A stretch of 56,949 nucleotides of DNA from a virus (lineage: Duplodnaviria > Caudoviricetes), in the IMG/VR virus record IMGVR_UViG_3300044568_000318, positions 1-56,949 of that record; one strand, given 5' to 3'. The notes beneath the pieces were generated by a model. It ran no database searches. It saw only the letters and a program-made list of their open reading frames with translations, and was not told the origin of the DNA. Positions 26,125-35,990 of the stretch are shown in pieces. Position numbers and translations under genes: made by a program. Every line of letters begins with the position of its first letter. The stretch's first letter is position 1.

Positions 26125-26296
26125 TACCTTCGAAGGTATGCCTGCGGCTCGGCTGAAGAGTTCCGTGGAGGTGCACAACCTCCAGACGGCCCTGAGGGAA
26201 CACCGCGTGTCGCACCTGACGAAGATCCTCAAGCGCAAGAAGCAGCGCGAGTTCGTGGTCATCCTGCCTACGCAGGCCCCAGCCCATGCCGCTTGA
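26087..26296 (+). CDS. Hypothetical protein
   Basis: AGGAGG SD; overlaps the terL start. Confidence 0.55.
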   Translation: MSLPTSIQSLFSDTFEGMPAARLKSSVEVHNLQTALREHRVSHLTKILKRKKQREFVVILPTQAPAHAA

Positions 26297-27674
26297 GATC
26301 AACTACACCCCGCCGCCCACAGGGGCGCGGTTCATGCAGAGCGATGCCAAGATGCGCGTTCTCATGGGCCCCGTGGGCTCGGGCAAGTCGGTGACGTGCT
26401 CCTTTGAGATCATCCGCAGGGCCAGTGCACAGGCACCTGACGCTCGTGGGAAGCGGCGCACCCGCTTCGCTGTGGTCCGTGAGACTGCGCGGCAGCTACA
26501 AGACACGACGATCAAGACGTTCCTGGATTGGTTCCCACCGGGGGACTGCGGGGACTACATGCGCACGACGAAGACCTACTTCTTCCGAGTGGGGGAGGTG
26601 GAGTCGGAGATCATGTTCCGGGCGCTGGATGACGCCGACGATGTGGCGAACCTCAACTCGCTGGAGTTGACAGGAGCGTGGTTCAACGAGTGCCGGGACA
26701 TCCACCCTGACATCGTGGACGCCATGTCCAAGCGGATCGGACGCTTCCCGTCGAAGAAGGACGGTGGGCCCACATGGCATGGGATGTGGGGGGATACGAA
26801 CCCACCCACGATGGATACGTGGTGGTACTATCAGCTTGAGCACCTCGACCCCAAGGACGGTGTGTCGCTCAACGACAACGGGTGGGAAGTGTTCAAGCAG
26901 CCCTCCGGGCGCAGTCCGTACGCCGAGAACGTGGAGAACCTGCCCGAGGGGTACTACGACACCCAGGGTCGCTCGGAGGAGTACATCCGGGTCTACATCG
27001 ACGGGGAGTACGGGCTGTCATCGGCGGGGATGCCGGTGTACAAGTACTTCCGGCCGGACTACCACATGGCCAAGGAGCGGCTGCGCTTCACGCTCAACGG
27101 GGTCAGGCCGGTGGTCATCGGGATGGACTTGGGTCTCACGCCTGCGGCTGTCATCGGGCAGCAGGACCCCAGGGGGCGGGCGCTCATACTTGACGAGTGT
27201 GTCTCGTTCGACATGGGGGTGCAGCGGTTCCTGCGGACGAAACTCAAGCCGTTGCTGTACGAGCGGTTTCCGGGGGCTCCGGTGCTCATCGTCGTTGACC
27301 CCGCAGGGGTACAACGCGCCCAGACCGACGAGCGCAGTGCGGTGGACATCATCAAGGCGGAGGGGATGCGGGTCATCCCGGCCAAGACCAACAGCATCTC
27401 GGCGCGGGTCAACGCGGTGGACGACTACCTCATGCGGCAGGTGGACGGGGACCCGGCGTTCCTGGTAGACCCCAGGTGCACGAGGCTCAAGGCGGCCATG
27501 ATGGGGGGCTATCGGTACAAACCCCGAGGGGATGGGCAGATCGACAAGAACTCCCACTCCCACATCGCGGAAGCCCTCCAGTACCTCATGTTGCACGTGG
27601 GCAACGCTGGCGAGGGACAGGCCATGTCCCAGCGGCGGGAGGTGAAAAAGGCACCGGCAATGGGTTGGACGTGA
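26286..27674 (+). CDS. terL: Terminase large subunit
   Basis: GPVGSGKS Walker A, WFNE Walker B, DTNPP coupling motif, GMDLG nuclease motif, SHIAEALQY. Confidence 0.92.
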   Translation: MPLEINYTPPPTGARFMQSDAKMRVLMGPVGSGKSVTCSFEIIRRASAQAPDARGKRRTRFAVVRETARQLQDTTIKTFLDWFPPGDCGDYMRTTKTYFFRVGEVESEIMFRALDDADDVANLNSLELTGAWFNECRDIHPDIVDAMSKRIGRFPSKKDGGPTWHGMWGDTNPPTMDTWWYYQLEHLDPKDGVSLNDNGWEVFKQPSGRSPYAENVENLPEGYYDTQGRSEEYIRVYIDGEYGLSSAGMPVYKYFRPDYHMAKERLRFTLNGVRPVVIGMDLGLTPAAVIGQQDPRGRALILDECVSFDMGVQRFLRTKLKPLLYERFPGAPVLIVVDPAGVQRAQTDERSAVDIIKAEGMRVIPAKTNSISARVNAVDDYLMRQVDGDPAFLVDPRCTRLKAAMMGGYRYKPRGDGQIDKNSHSHIAEALQYLMLHVGNAGEGQAMSQRREVKKAPAMGWT

Positions 27675-27720
27675 TATGCTCCTGGCGTTCACTCCCTTGT
27701 CTCCTCCTCTGATCGAGGTT

Positions 27721-27753
27721 AGCCCTCCGGTAACACGGGGGGCTTTTTCTTTT
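27721..27753 (+). terminator. Rho-independent terminator after terL
   Basis: AGCCCTCCG...CGGGGGGCT stem followed by TTTTCTTTT. Confidence 0.8.
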
Positions 27754-27797
27754 GCACAACACCTGTATACTTGTCGTGGGGCTACTGGAGATACTCC

Positions 27798-28037
27798 ATG
27801 AAGTGTGGTCAAGGTAAACCGTTCAAGTCCTACCAGATGGGTGGGCTTGTGACCAAGGGACCGGAGAAGGTCCCCCAGGACATCGACATGATCTCCTCGC
27901 TCAAGGGCAAGGAGCGTGCAGACGCTGAGAAGCGCATGGGGGTCAAGCCCCCGGCTCCTCGGGCTTCCGAGGCTGGTCTGACGGCTGAGCAGCGCAAGGC
28001 CATCATGCAGCGAGCTTCTGAAGCCAAGAAGAAGTGA
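27798..28037 (+). CDS. Small basic protein with YQMGG motif
   Basis: GGAG SD; abuts the portal gene. Confidence 0.65.
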   Translation: MKCGQGKPFKSYQMGGLVTKGPEKVPQDIDMISSLKGKERADAEKRMGVKPPAPRASEAGLTAEQRKAIMQRASEAKKK

Positions 28038-28038
28038 C

Positions 28039-30096
28039 ATGGCCGGTCTGACATTCCTGCGGGTCGTCGGTAACGCTGAGCTTGCTCGTCAGGAGCAGGA
28101 GGCGGCGGACCGGGCGTTGCAGGCGCGTCAGAACCAGCCGGTCATCCTCGGACTGGCGTCGTACCTGCGGGGTTGCTGGGACCGGGCGCAGATTGCGAAG
28201 AAGCCCATCGAGAACGAGATGCTGCGTGCGCTGAGGCAGCGCAACGGTGAGTACGAGGCGGACAAGCTCAAGCAGATCCGCGATCAGGGTGGCTCGGAGA
28301 TCTACATGATGATCTCCGAGGTCAAGTGCCGTGCGGCTGAGTCGTGGCTGCGGGACATCCTGCTCGATACCGGCTCTCCCCCGTGGGACCTGGAGGCTAC
28401 GCCCATCCCCGACCTGTCGCCCACACAGTCCAGGGAGATCCAGTCCCAGTTCGCTGAGCGTGTGCTGCGCATGGTGCAGGAGTTCGGCAAGGCTCCCACC
28501 CAGGAGGAGATGGCCCAGATGCGCGAGATGGTCGCGCAGGACTACCGCTTCGCAGTGCTCCAGGGAGCACAGGTCCGGGCTGACCGGATGAAGCAGAAGA
28601 TCCAGGACCAGTTCGTCCAGGGCGGCTGGGAGTCAGCGTTCAACGACTTCATCACGGACCTCGTGACGTTCCCGGCTGCGTTCGTCAAGGGACCCGTCGT
28701 GCGCAGGCAGCGGGCCCTGGGGTGGAAGGTCGACGCCACGGGTCGCACCACGGTTGAGCCCATCGAGCGGCTGGCACCGGAGTACGAGCGGGTCGATCCG
28801 TTCTACATCTACCCCGAGCCGGGGATCAGCAACATCAACGAGGGCTACCTCTTCGAGTACCACCCGCTGTCGCGGATGCAGTTGTCCGACCTGATCGGCG
28901 TGCCTGGGTACGACGAAGATGCCATCCGCAAGCTGCTGGAGATCGGCAACGGGCAGTCGTGGATCAACGAGGATGTCGAGTTGATCAAGGACGAGGAGGA
29001 GCGCAAGTACTACTCCTACATGCGTCCGACCGACGTGTACGATGCCCTGGAGTTCTGGGGCAAGGTCAGCGGCAAGATGCTGCGGGAGTGGGGCATGTCC
29101 GAGGAGGACGTGCCGGACGACGCCCGTGAGTACGACGCCAACGTCTGGCTGGTGGGGAACTTCGTCATCAAGGCGGTGCTCAACTACGACCCGCTGGGCG
29201 AGAAGCCCTACACCAAGACTTCGTTCATCAAGTGCCCCGGTGCCTTCTGGGGCAAGGGCATCCCCAAGATCATCGAGGATCTGCAAGCCGTGTGCAACGC
29301 GGCGGCACGGGCGCTGGTGAACAACATGGGCATCAGCAGCGGACCCCAGGTCGAGGTCAACGTCGAGCGCATCCCGCCCAACGAGGACATCACTACGCTG
29401 TCCCCGTGGAAGATCTGGCAGACGATCAACGACCCCGTGGGGTCCAGTGCCCCGGCCATTCGCTTCACACAGCCTGAGTCGCGTGCGGCTGAGTTGATGG
29501 GGGTCTACGACAAGTTCAGCCGTCTGGCTGATGATCACTCGGGCATTCCGGCCTATGTGTATGGCGATCTGAACGTGCAGGGGGCTGGGCGTACGTCGTC
29601 CGGGCTGTCCATGCTCATGGGTGCTGCTGGCAAGGGCATCCGGCAAGTCGTCATGCACATAGACGCGGATGTGGTGAAGCCCATCGTCGAGCGGCAGTTC
29701 ATCTACAACATGCGCTACGACGACGATGAAGCCATCAAGGGCGACGTGCAAGTCATCGCCAAGGGCTCCATCAACCTCGCGGTCAAGGAGACCGTGAACA
29801 TCCGTCGAATCGAGTTCCTCAACGCAACCGCCAACCCCATCGATCTTGAGATCCTGGGCAAGGATGGACGCGCCACGATCCTCCGGGAGGTGGCGAAAGG
29901 GTTGCAGATGCCTGTGGAAGATGTTGTCCCGTCTCGGGAGAAGTCCGCGTACCAGGGCGGTATTCAGGCTAGGGCGATGGCGGCTGCGCAGGCGCAGCAA
30001 GCACAAGCCCCGGCACCAACTGGTCCCAGCGGCGAGCCCAAAGGTGGGATGGCAGCCAACACAGTGCAGAGTCGCATGAGCGGGAGGGCTGCATGA
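28039..30096 (+). CDS. Portal protein (P22-like)
   Basis: Size and position; RVDPF.IYP, FWGKGIP, RTSSGLSML motifs. Confidence 0.85.
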   Translation: MAGLTFLRVVGNAELARQEQEAADRALQARQNQPVILGLASYLRGCWDRAQIAKKPIENEMLRALRQRNGEYEADKLKQIRDQGGSEIYMMISEVKCRAAESWLRDILLDTGSPPWDLEATPIPDLSPTQSREIQSQFAERVLRMVQEFGKAPTQEEMAQMREMVAQDYRFAVLQGAQVRADRMKQKIQDQFVQGGWESAFNDFITDLVTFPAAFVKGPVVRRQRALGWKVDATGRTTVEPIERLAPEYERVDPFYIYPEPGISNINEGYLFEYHPLSRMQLSDLIGVPGYDEDAIRKLLEIGNGQSWINEDVELIKDEEERKYYSYMRPTDVYDALEFWGKVSGKMLREWGMSEEDVPDDAREYDANVWLVGNFVIKAVLNYDPLGEKPYTKTSFIKCPGAFWGKGIPKIIEDLQAVCNAAARALVNNMGISSGPQVEVNVERIPPNEDITTLSPWKIWQTINDPVGSSAPAIRFTQPESRAAELMGVYDKFSRLADDHSGIPAYVYGDLNVQGAGRTSSGLSMLMGAAGKGIRQVVMHIDADVVKPIVERQFIYNMRYDDDEAIKGDVQVIAKGSINLAVKETVNIRRIEFLNATANPIDLEILGKDGRATILREVAKGLQMPVEDVVPSREKSAYQGGIQARAMAAAQAQQAQAPAPTGPSGEPKGGMAANTVQSRMSGRAA

Positions 30097-30308
30097 TCAA
30101 GCCCGGAACCCATGTGATCAAGTCGCTTGCCTCCGTGGCGCGTACGCACCCGGAGCTAGTGGAATGGCTTGAGGAGTGGCGCATGTCCGAACTGGAACGC
30201 CTACCCCAGGCCATTGCAAACCCGGCAGTCTTTCAGGGGCGCTGTCAGGTTCTCAACGAGGTTGTCGACCTCGTAAAGGCAGCCCCTGGTTTCGCGGCAA
30301 AGTTGTGA
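30093..30308 (+). CDS. Small protein between portal and scaffold
   Basis: FQGRCQVL motif; ATGA overlap. Confidence 0.7.
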   Translation: MIKPGTHVIKSLASVARTHPELVEWLEEWRMSELERLPQAIANPAVFQGRCQVLNEVVDLVKAAPGFAAKL

Positions 30309-30350
30309 TACTCGCCGTCTAGTCACGCACACCGATACGGAGCGTTCAAC

Positions 30351-31373
30351 ATGGCCCTTCCAGAGCAGATTCGCAAGCAGACCGAGGCAGTCCAGGAGTT
30401 GTACAAGCAACTCAACGCTGGGCAGGAATCAGGCGAGGAGACCCCTCAAGCCGATGAGCCTGTCACGCCCGTTGAGACCTCCGCCGCCGACGAGAATGCG
30501 CCGAATGACACTGCCGCTCCTTCACCCGCGCCTGAGCAGAAGACGGGTGATGACAAGGCCTCGGAAGATTTTGCCCAGAAGTACAAGACCCTTCAGGGTA
30601 TGTACAACGCTGAGGTTCCGCGTTTGCACCAGCGGATCCAGCAGATGGAGCAACTGCTCGCATCGCTGTCGTCGCAGCCCACCCCTGCTGCCTCTGCACC
30701 TGCCCCAGCACCGACGCTCACGAAGCTCGTGACTGAGAAAGATGTTGAGGAGTACGGTGACGCGATTGACATGATGCGCAAGGTTACCAAGGAGGAGATG
30801 AACGCTGTCATGCAGCGGATGTCTCAGCTTGAAAGTGTCTTGCAGCAGTTCCAGTCCAATGTCGTGCCGCAAGTTCAGGCGGTCGCTCAGAAGCAGGCGG
30901 TCACCGCCGAGCAACAGTTCTGGGCCGACCTGACCTCCGCAGTGTCGAACTGGCGTGAGGTCAACGACAACCAAGCCTTCCAGGCATGGCTGCTTGAGAT
31001 GGACCCGCTGACCGGGATCACTCGTCAGACGTATCTTGAAGACGCTCAGCGGGCGCTCGACGCCCGACGTGTCTCGGCGTTCTTCCGTACATGGCTGGAG
31101 TCCACTGGACAAGCCACCGTTGCTCAACCCCAAGGATCCTCATCCTCTACGGCGTCGAAGTCTGAGTTGGAGAAGCAGGTCACCCCCGGTCGCGCACGCA
31201 GCGCCGGAACCCCGCAAACCAACAAGGGCAAGGTCTATACTCCCGATGACATCAAGAAGTTCTTCAATGATGTCCGCTCGGGGAAGTACCGTGGCCGTGA
31301 GCAGGAGAGGGATCGTATCGAGCGCGATATCTTCAACGCCCAGCGTGAGAATCGCATCCAAATGACTGCATGA
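30351..31373 (+). CDS. Capsid scaffolding protein
   Basis: Acidic disordered N-terminus, coiled coils, KYKTLQGMY; precedes the major capsid gene. Confidence 0.75.
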   Translation: MALPEQIRKQTEAVQELYKQLNAGQESGEETPQADEPVTPVETSAADENAPNDTAAPSPAPEQKTGDDKASEDFAQKYKTLQGMYNAEVPRLHQRIQQMEQLLASLSSQPTPAASAPAPAPTLTKLVTEKDVEEYGDAIDMMRKVTKEEMNAVMQRMSQLESVLQQFQSNVVPQVQAVAQKQAVTAEQQFWADLTSAVSNWREVNDNQAFQAWLLEMDPLTGITRQTYLEDAQRALDARRVSAFFRTWLESTGQATVAQPQGSSSSTASKSELEKQVTPGRARSAGTPQTNKGKVYTPDDIKKFFNDVRSGKYRGREQERDRIERDIFNAQRENRIQMTA

Positions 31374-31389
31374 TTCGAGGACACACATC

Positions 31390-32325
31390 ATGTCGTACCC
31401 TGTTTCCCCCGGCCGCCCGAACTACAGCGGCAACTTCATCCCCGAGATCTGGTCCGGGAAGCTCATCGAGAACTTCTACGACGCCACGGTGCTCGCGGCC
31501 ATCTCCAACACCGACTACGAAGGTGAGATTCGCCAGTACGGCGACACGGTGAACATCCGCACTACGCCGGAGATCACGATTCGTGACTACGTCAAGGGCC
31601 AGACCCTGACGGTCGAGAACCCGGACAAGCCGAAGATCCAGCTTCTGATCGACAAGGGCGAGTACTTCGCCTGCGTCGAGGACGATGTGGACAAGGTTCA
31701 GTCCGACATCAACCTGATGGACACGTGGTCGAAGGACGCCTCCGAGCGGATGAAGATCAAGATCGACCAGCGCGTTCTGACCGACATCCTTCCGGGTGTG
31801 GCGTCGACCAACAAGGGCGCGACGGCTGGCGCGATCTCGGCATCGTTCAACCTGGGCGTTACCACGTCCCCGTTGACCGTGACCAAGGACGGCGCTGGCA
31901 GCACGACGGCTGTGATCGATCTGCTGGTCGACCTCGGCACGGTGCTGGACGAGGCGAACTGCCCTGAGGACAACCGCTTCGTGGTCATCCCGGCCAAGAT
32001 GGCTGGCCTGATCAAGAAGTCGGAACTGAAGGACGCTTCGCTCACGGGCGACGGCACCTCCATCGTCCGCAATGGTCGCCTGGGCATGATCGACCGCTTC
32101 ACGGTCTACATGAGCCACAACCTGAAGAAGGCGTCGGTGGGCGGCGCTACCGAGTTCAGCCTCATCGCTGGGCACAAGATGGGCTTCACGTTCGCGTCCC
32201 AGATGACGAACATGGAAACCATCCGCTCGGAGTCGACCTTCGGCAACATCATCCGTGGCCTCCAGGTCTACGGGTACAAGGTCACCAAGGGCGAGGCCCT
32301 GGCGACCTCCGTCATCAAGTTCTGA
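31390..32325 (+). CDS. Major capsid protein
   Basis: FIPEIWSGKL, YEGEI...GDTVNI, RGLQVYGYKV. Confidence 0.9.
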   Translation: MSYPVSPGRPNYSGNFIPEIWSGKLIENFYDATVLAAISNTDYEGEIRQYGDTVNIRTTPEITIRDYVKGQTLTVENPDKPKIQLLIDKGEYFACVEDDVDKVQSDINLMDTWSKDASERMKIKIDQRVLTDILPGVASTNKGATAGAISASFNLGVTTSPLTVTKDGAGSTTAVIDLLVDLGTVLDEANCPEDNRFVVIPAKMAGLIKKSELKDASLTGDGTSIVRNGRLGMIDRFTVYMSHNLKKASVGGATEFSLIAGHKMGFTFASQMTNMETIRSESTFGNIIRGLQVYGYKVTKGEALATSVIKF

Positions 32326-32340
32326 TAAGGAGCAACCATC

Positions 32341-32802
32341 ATGGCTGCATACACCGATTCTCTCGGGTTCAATCAGGGTACGGCTGCGTTCCCGGCGAAC
32401 GTCACCGAGATCTCCAAGTTCGAAGTCAAGCTCGATTTCGCGGAAATCATCGCTGCACGCTCTGCTGCTGGTGCTACGGCACTGGTGGCTGGCGACTCGA
32501 TGGAGATCGTGAAGCTCCCCGCTGGCTCCGTGGTCCTGTCCGCAGGCTGTCAGGTGACCAAGGTCGAGTCCACCAACACGACCGGGACGTTCAGTCTCGG
32601 CACGACTGGTGGCACGACCAACCTGTACACCAACGCGCTTGCCAACAACGCGCTGGCCTACGGCATCACCAATCTCGCCAACCCGGTCGTCTACGGCTCG
32701 GCAGACACCATTGATCTTCTGCTCAACACGGCAGTTCCGACCAATTGTGTGGTGAACGTGTTCGCCTTCGTGGCCAACGTCAAGGCCAGCTACGTGGCGT
32801 AA
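32341..32802 (+). CDS. Capsid decoration/cement-like protein
   Basis: Follows the capsid gene; beta-rich, LPAGSVV motif. Confidence 0.6.
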   Translation: MAAYTDSLGFNQGTAAFPANVTEISKFEVKLDFAEIIAARSAAGATALVAGDSMEIVKLPAGSVVLSAGCQVTKVESTNTTGTFSLGTTGGTTNLYTNALANNALAYGITNLANPVVYGSADTIDLLLNTAVPTNCVVNVFAFVANVKASYVA

Positions 32803-32807
32803 CCTGA

Positions 32808-32826
32808 TGGGGGCTTCGGCCCCTGT
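32808..32826 (+). terminator. cUUCGg hairpin (weak terminator or stabiliser)
   Basis: GGGGC-TTCG-GCCCC. Confidence 0.55.
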
Positions 32827-32845
32827 CTCCTGAAAGGGGATCATC

Positions 32846-33412
32846 ATGGGTGTCTATCGCGGCATTACCCAAGACAATCTGACGATCAACAACGGGACGG
32901 CTTACAACCTGAACCTTGTGACCCCGTCGATTGGTGGGACTGCGGTTGCTGCTACGGCGGCTGAGATCAACGCTGCGGCGGACCTGTCCACTCGCCTTGT
33001 GGCTGCTACGGCAGCTACGTTGGCTGTGACGGTTGCTGACCACAGCGAGAAGGTCATCCTTCTCGACCGTGCGGCTGGGGTGACGGCGACGTTGCCTGCG
33101 GCTACGGGGTCGGGTGCGGTGTTCCGCTTCTCGGTCAAGACGGCAGTGACCAGCAACAACCACATCATCAAGGTGGCCGACAACACGGATGTGATGTCGG
33201 GGGCTCTGTTCGTCACCGATCAGGCTGCGGGTACGGGTACTGGGTTCAGTACCACGACGACCAGCGACACGATCACGATGAACGGCAGCACGACCGGTGG
33301 CCTTGCAGGCGGGCTGATCACGCTCGTCGACATCGCCACCAACCTCTACGCCATTGAGGGCAACATCGTTGCCACGGGCGTCGAGGTTACGCCGTTCAGC
33401 GCAACGGTGTGA
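32846..33412 (+). CDS. Virion structural protein
   Basis: Thr/Ala/Gly-rich; TLPAATGSG motif. Confidence 0.65.
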   Translation: MGVYRGITQDNLTINNGTAYNLNLVTPSIGGTAVAATAAEINAAADLSTRLVAATAATLAVTVADHSEKVILLDRAAGVTATLPAATGSGAVFRFSVKTAVTSNNHIIKVADNTDVMSGALFVTDQAAGTGTGFSTTTTSDTITMNGSTTGGLAGGLITLVDIATNLYAIEGNIVATGVEVTPFSATV

Positions 33413-33415
33413 TAG

Positions 33416-33440
33416 GCGGGGGCTTCGGCCCCCGCTCTTT
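33416..33440 (+). terminator. cUUCGg terminator
   Basis: GCGGGGGC-TTCG-GCCCCCGC-TCTTT. Confidence 0.7.
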
Positions 33441-33453
33441 CCAAGGATGAGAC

Positions 33454-35382
33454 ATGGCAGCCAAGCGCATCCCTGACCTGACCGCTATCGCCGGTGCCAG
33501 CACCGCGAACGACGACAACCTCGTCATCTTCGACACGGATGCGAACGAGACGAAGCGGATCCTCAGGTCGCAACTTGCTGCTGGGCTCGTAGGGGACCTG
33601 CCCTACACGCCCTCAGGTGGTATTGCTGCTACCACGATCCCCACGGCCATTGCCGAACTCGACTCTGAGGCTGCAAAGTCTGCAACCCTTGCTGCCAGTG
33701 GAGGTGCCGCCCTGATCGGCTTCGCTCCTACGGGCGGTGTCGCTGCCAGCACGGTGCAGGCAGCCATTGCCGAGGTGGATACTGAGAAGGTTGCCTTCAC
33801 GCGCCTTGATGACAACGACGGCTCATCCCTCGTAGGCTTCATTCAAGCCGGCACCGGCGCTACCAGCCGCACGGTGCAAAGCAAGTTGCGGGATGTGGTC
33901 AATATCAACGACTACGCCACAAGCGGCAATTACGATACCGCTCGCGCCGCGCTGGCCGGACGCAATGATCTGGTGGTCAGGCCAACAAAAGAAACGACCG
34001 ATCTGCTGATAAGCGATGCTCTGGATCAAACGCGCGCCGCGCTTTTCCAAGGCCGCACCGCACCGCACTCCAACTTCACTTGGTTCACATCCGACTTCAC
34101 CGTCAATGGCTGTCGAGGTGTAGGACAAGCCAGCGTGGCGCAAGACATCCGCGATGTGTGGGATACAAAGTACAGCGGTTTTATGACCGGCGGCATTACC
34201 TATGTAGACGGCACGAACGGAAGCGATTCCAACGCTGGGACCATTACGCTTCCGTGGGCCACGATTGACAAGGCGCTGCGTACTAGCAACAGCGGCCTGA
34301 CCTACGTCATGCCCGGGACTTACGACAGCACGGGGTTCCGTTACACAGACACGCAGGGCGACAGGCCAAAAATGCTGATTGCACCCTACGGCGGTGTGAC
34401 TATCCGCGTCAGTGGCGATACGGTATCAAGCGCAACATTTACAGCAAACGGCACTTACGGCAACGTCTACGAGACGACGCTGGTTTCATCAAACTATGTC
34501 ATTCGCCTGTTGCGTTCAGACCGGCTTGACGCGCTCGGCCTTCCCACCCCGATGCCCAAGTACGGCAGCTTGGTCGATCTGAACAATGCCGGCTACGGCT
34601 GGTGGTACGAAAGCGCGACCAAGAAGCTGTACGTCAGGGACGGCACGCTCAACATCAACACCACGGTCAAGGCGAATCTGCAGGCGGTGTACGCAACTGG
34701 CGGGGACAACTCTTTGCTGGTTTATAGCGCCAAGCTGTACCTTGAGAACATCACGCTGCTGCGCTATCCATACGTGCTGAAAGAGGCGGGGCAAGCTGTT
34801 CCAGAGGTGTGGCTGAAAAACTGCGCCGTTCGGTACGCCGAAAGCGCAAGCCGCAATGTCCAAGGGGGTGGGTGCTATTCGCAGGGCTGCACCTACTATC
34901 GAAGTGCTGCCGATCACGCGAACTACACCAGCACGGCGGGTACGACATCTTATGGGGTCGAAATCAACGATTCGACCTTCTTCGCCGGGGATGTAGACAC
35001 GTTCTATGTCTCTGCTGGAGTACAACCGACCAACCCTATTTCTACGGCGCAGAACAAGAACAGCAGCAGTAACCACGACGGCTATGTGGTTCGCATCAAC
35101 GGCGCGCACACTGGCGCGTTTGGGCCCGTTCTTGCTGACACGAACAACAGCTACACCTGGAACCTGGGAGTGTCGGCCGGTTACAGCTTCGCCACAGGAT
35201 CAAGCAAGTACGGGTGGATTGTTCAGGGGTCAGGTGCGCGTGCATGGCTTGATGGGTGTTCTGTTGTCGGCGGCAACAGCGGTATCAACAGCGACACCAG
35301 CGCCGTGGTGAACTACTTCAACACCCTAGGCCCGCGTGTCACATCGAGCGGCGGCACGTTCAGCGCCTATTTGCCGTCGTGA
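33454..35382 (+). CDS. Tail fiber/tailspike protein
   Basis: TVQAAIAEVD and RTVQSKLRDVV anchor motifs; YVDGTNGSDSNAGT..PWATI beta-helix cap. Confidence 0.8.
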   Translation: MAAKRIPDLTAIAGASTANDDNLVIFDTDANETKRILRSQLAAGLVGDLPYTPSGGIAATTIPTAIAELDSEAAKSATLAASGGAALIGFAPTGGVAASTVQAAIAEVDTEKVAFTRLDDNDGSSLVGFIQAGTGATSRTVQSKLRDVVNINDYATSGNYDTARAALAGRNDLVVRPTKETTDLLISDALDQTRAALFQGRTAPHSNFTWFTSDFTVNGCRGVGQASVAQDIRDVWDTKYSGFMTGGITYVDGTNGSDSNAGTITLPWATIDKALRTSNSGLTYVMPGTYDSTGFRYTDTQGDRPKMLIAPYGGVTIRVSGDTVSSATFTANGTYGNVYETTLVSSNYVIRLLRSDRLDALGLPTPMPKYGSLVDLNNAGYGWWYESATKKLYVRDGTLNINTTVKANLQAVYATGGDNSLLVYSAKLYLENITLLRYPYVLKEAGQAVPEVWLKNCAVRYAESASRNVQGGGCYSQGCTYYRSAADHANYTSTAGTTSYGVEINDSTFFAGDVDTFYVSAGVQPTNPISTAQNKNSSSNHDGYVVRINGAHTGAFGPVLADTNNSYTWNLGVSAGYSFATGSSKYGWIVQGSGARAWLDGCSVVGGNSGINSDTSAVVNYFNTLGPRVTSSGGTFSAYLPS

Positions 35383-35384
35383 CC

Positions 35385-35630
35385 ATGCCCCGCGACAAAC
35401 TCCTCCACATCGCCCTCGGCGTGCTGGCCATCGTCTGCGCGCTGGGCGCGCTCTTCATCCACGACTGGTTCGGCCTGGGCGCGTGCCTGGCCTACACCAC
35501 GACCGCCGTGGGCGTGCTGTACGAGTGGCAGCAGTGGTATCGCAAGGAGGGCCAGCCCGACTTGCTGGACGCAATCGCAACCGCTGCGCCGGGATGGTTG
35601 GCGTGGCTTGTCTTGGAGATGATGAAGTGA
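35385..35630 (+). CDS. Small membrane protein (DKLLH type)
   Basis: Hydrophobic helices; DKLLH...E..Q...D..D. Confidence 0.65.
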   Translation: MPRDKLLHIALGVLAIVCALGALFIHDWFGLGACLAYTTTAVGVLYEWQQWYRKEGQPDLLDAIATAAPGWLAWLVLEMMK

Positions 35631-35980
35631 GCCCACCCTACGACGGCCCTGAGCGGCGCACGGACACACTGACCGAGGACCGTGTGAAACTGATGATCGC
35701 GGACGCCGTTCAACAGGCGCTCACGACCCACGAGCAGCACCTGATGGCGCATATGGACAAGCAGTTCGCGGCGCTCCGGGCGTCGTTCGCTGAGGGGTTT
35801 CCTGGGGGGGATCCGCATGGACACCGTGTGGCTCATGAGCGGCTGATCGCCAACGCTTCCTGGTGGGACAAGACCAAGAGTGATGCGGCCAGCAAGGTAG
35901 CGGCTGGCGGATTCTGGATGGTGATGGGCTTCATTGCCTTCGCCGTGTGGGAACACTTCAAGAGCGAACTGCGGAAGTAA
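35627..35980 (+). CDS. Protein with C-terminal TM helix (holin-like)
   Basis: YDGPERR N-terminus, single TM segment; GTGA overlap. Confidence 0.6.
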   Translation: MSPPYDGPERRTDTLTEDRVKLMIADAVQQALTTHEQHLMAHMDKQFAALRASFAEGFPGGDPHGHRVAHERLIANASWWDKTKSDAASKVAAGGFWMVMGFIAFAVWEHFKSELRK

Positions 35981-35990
35981 CGGAGCGGCT

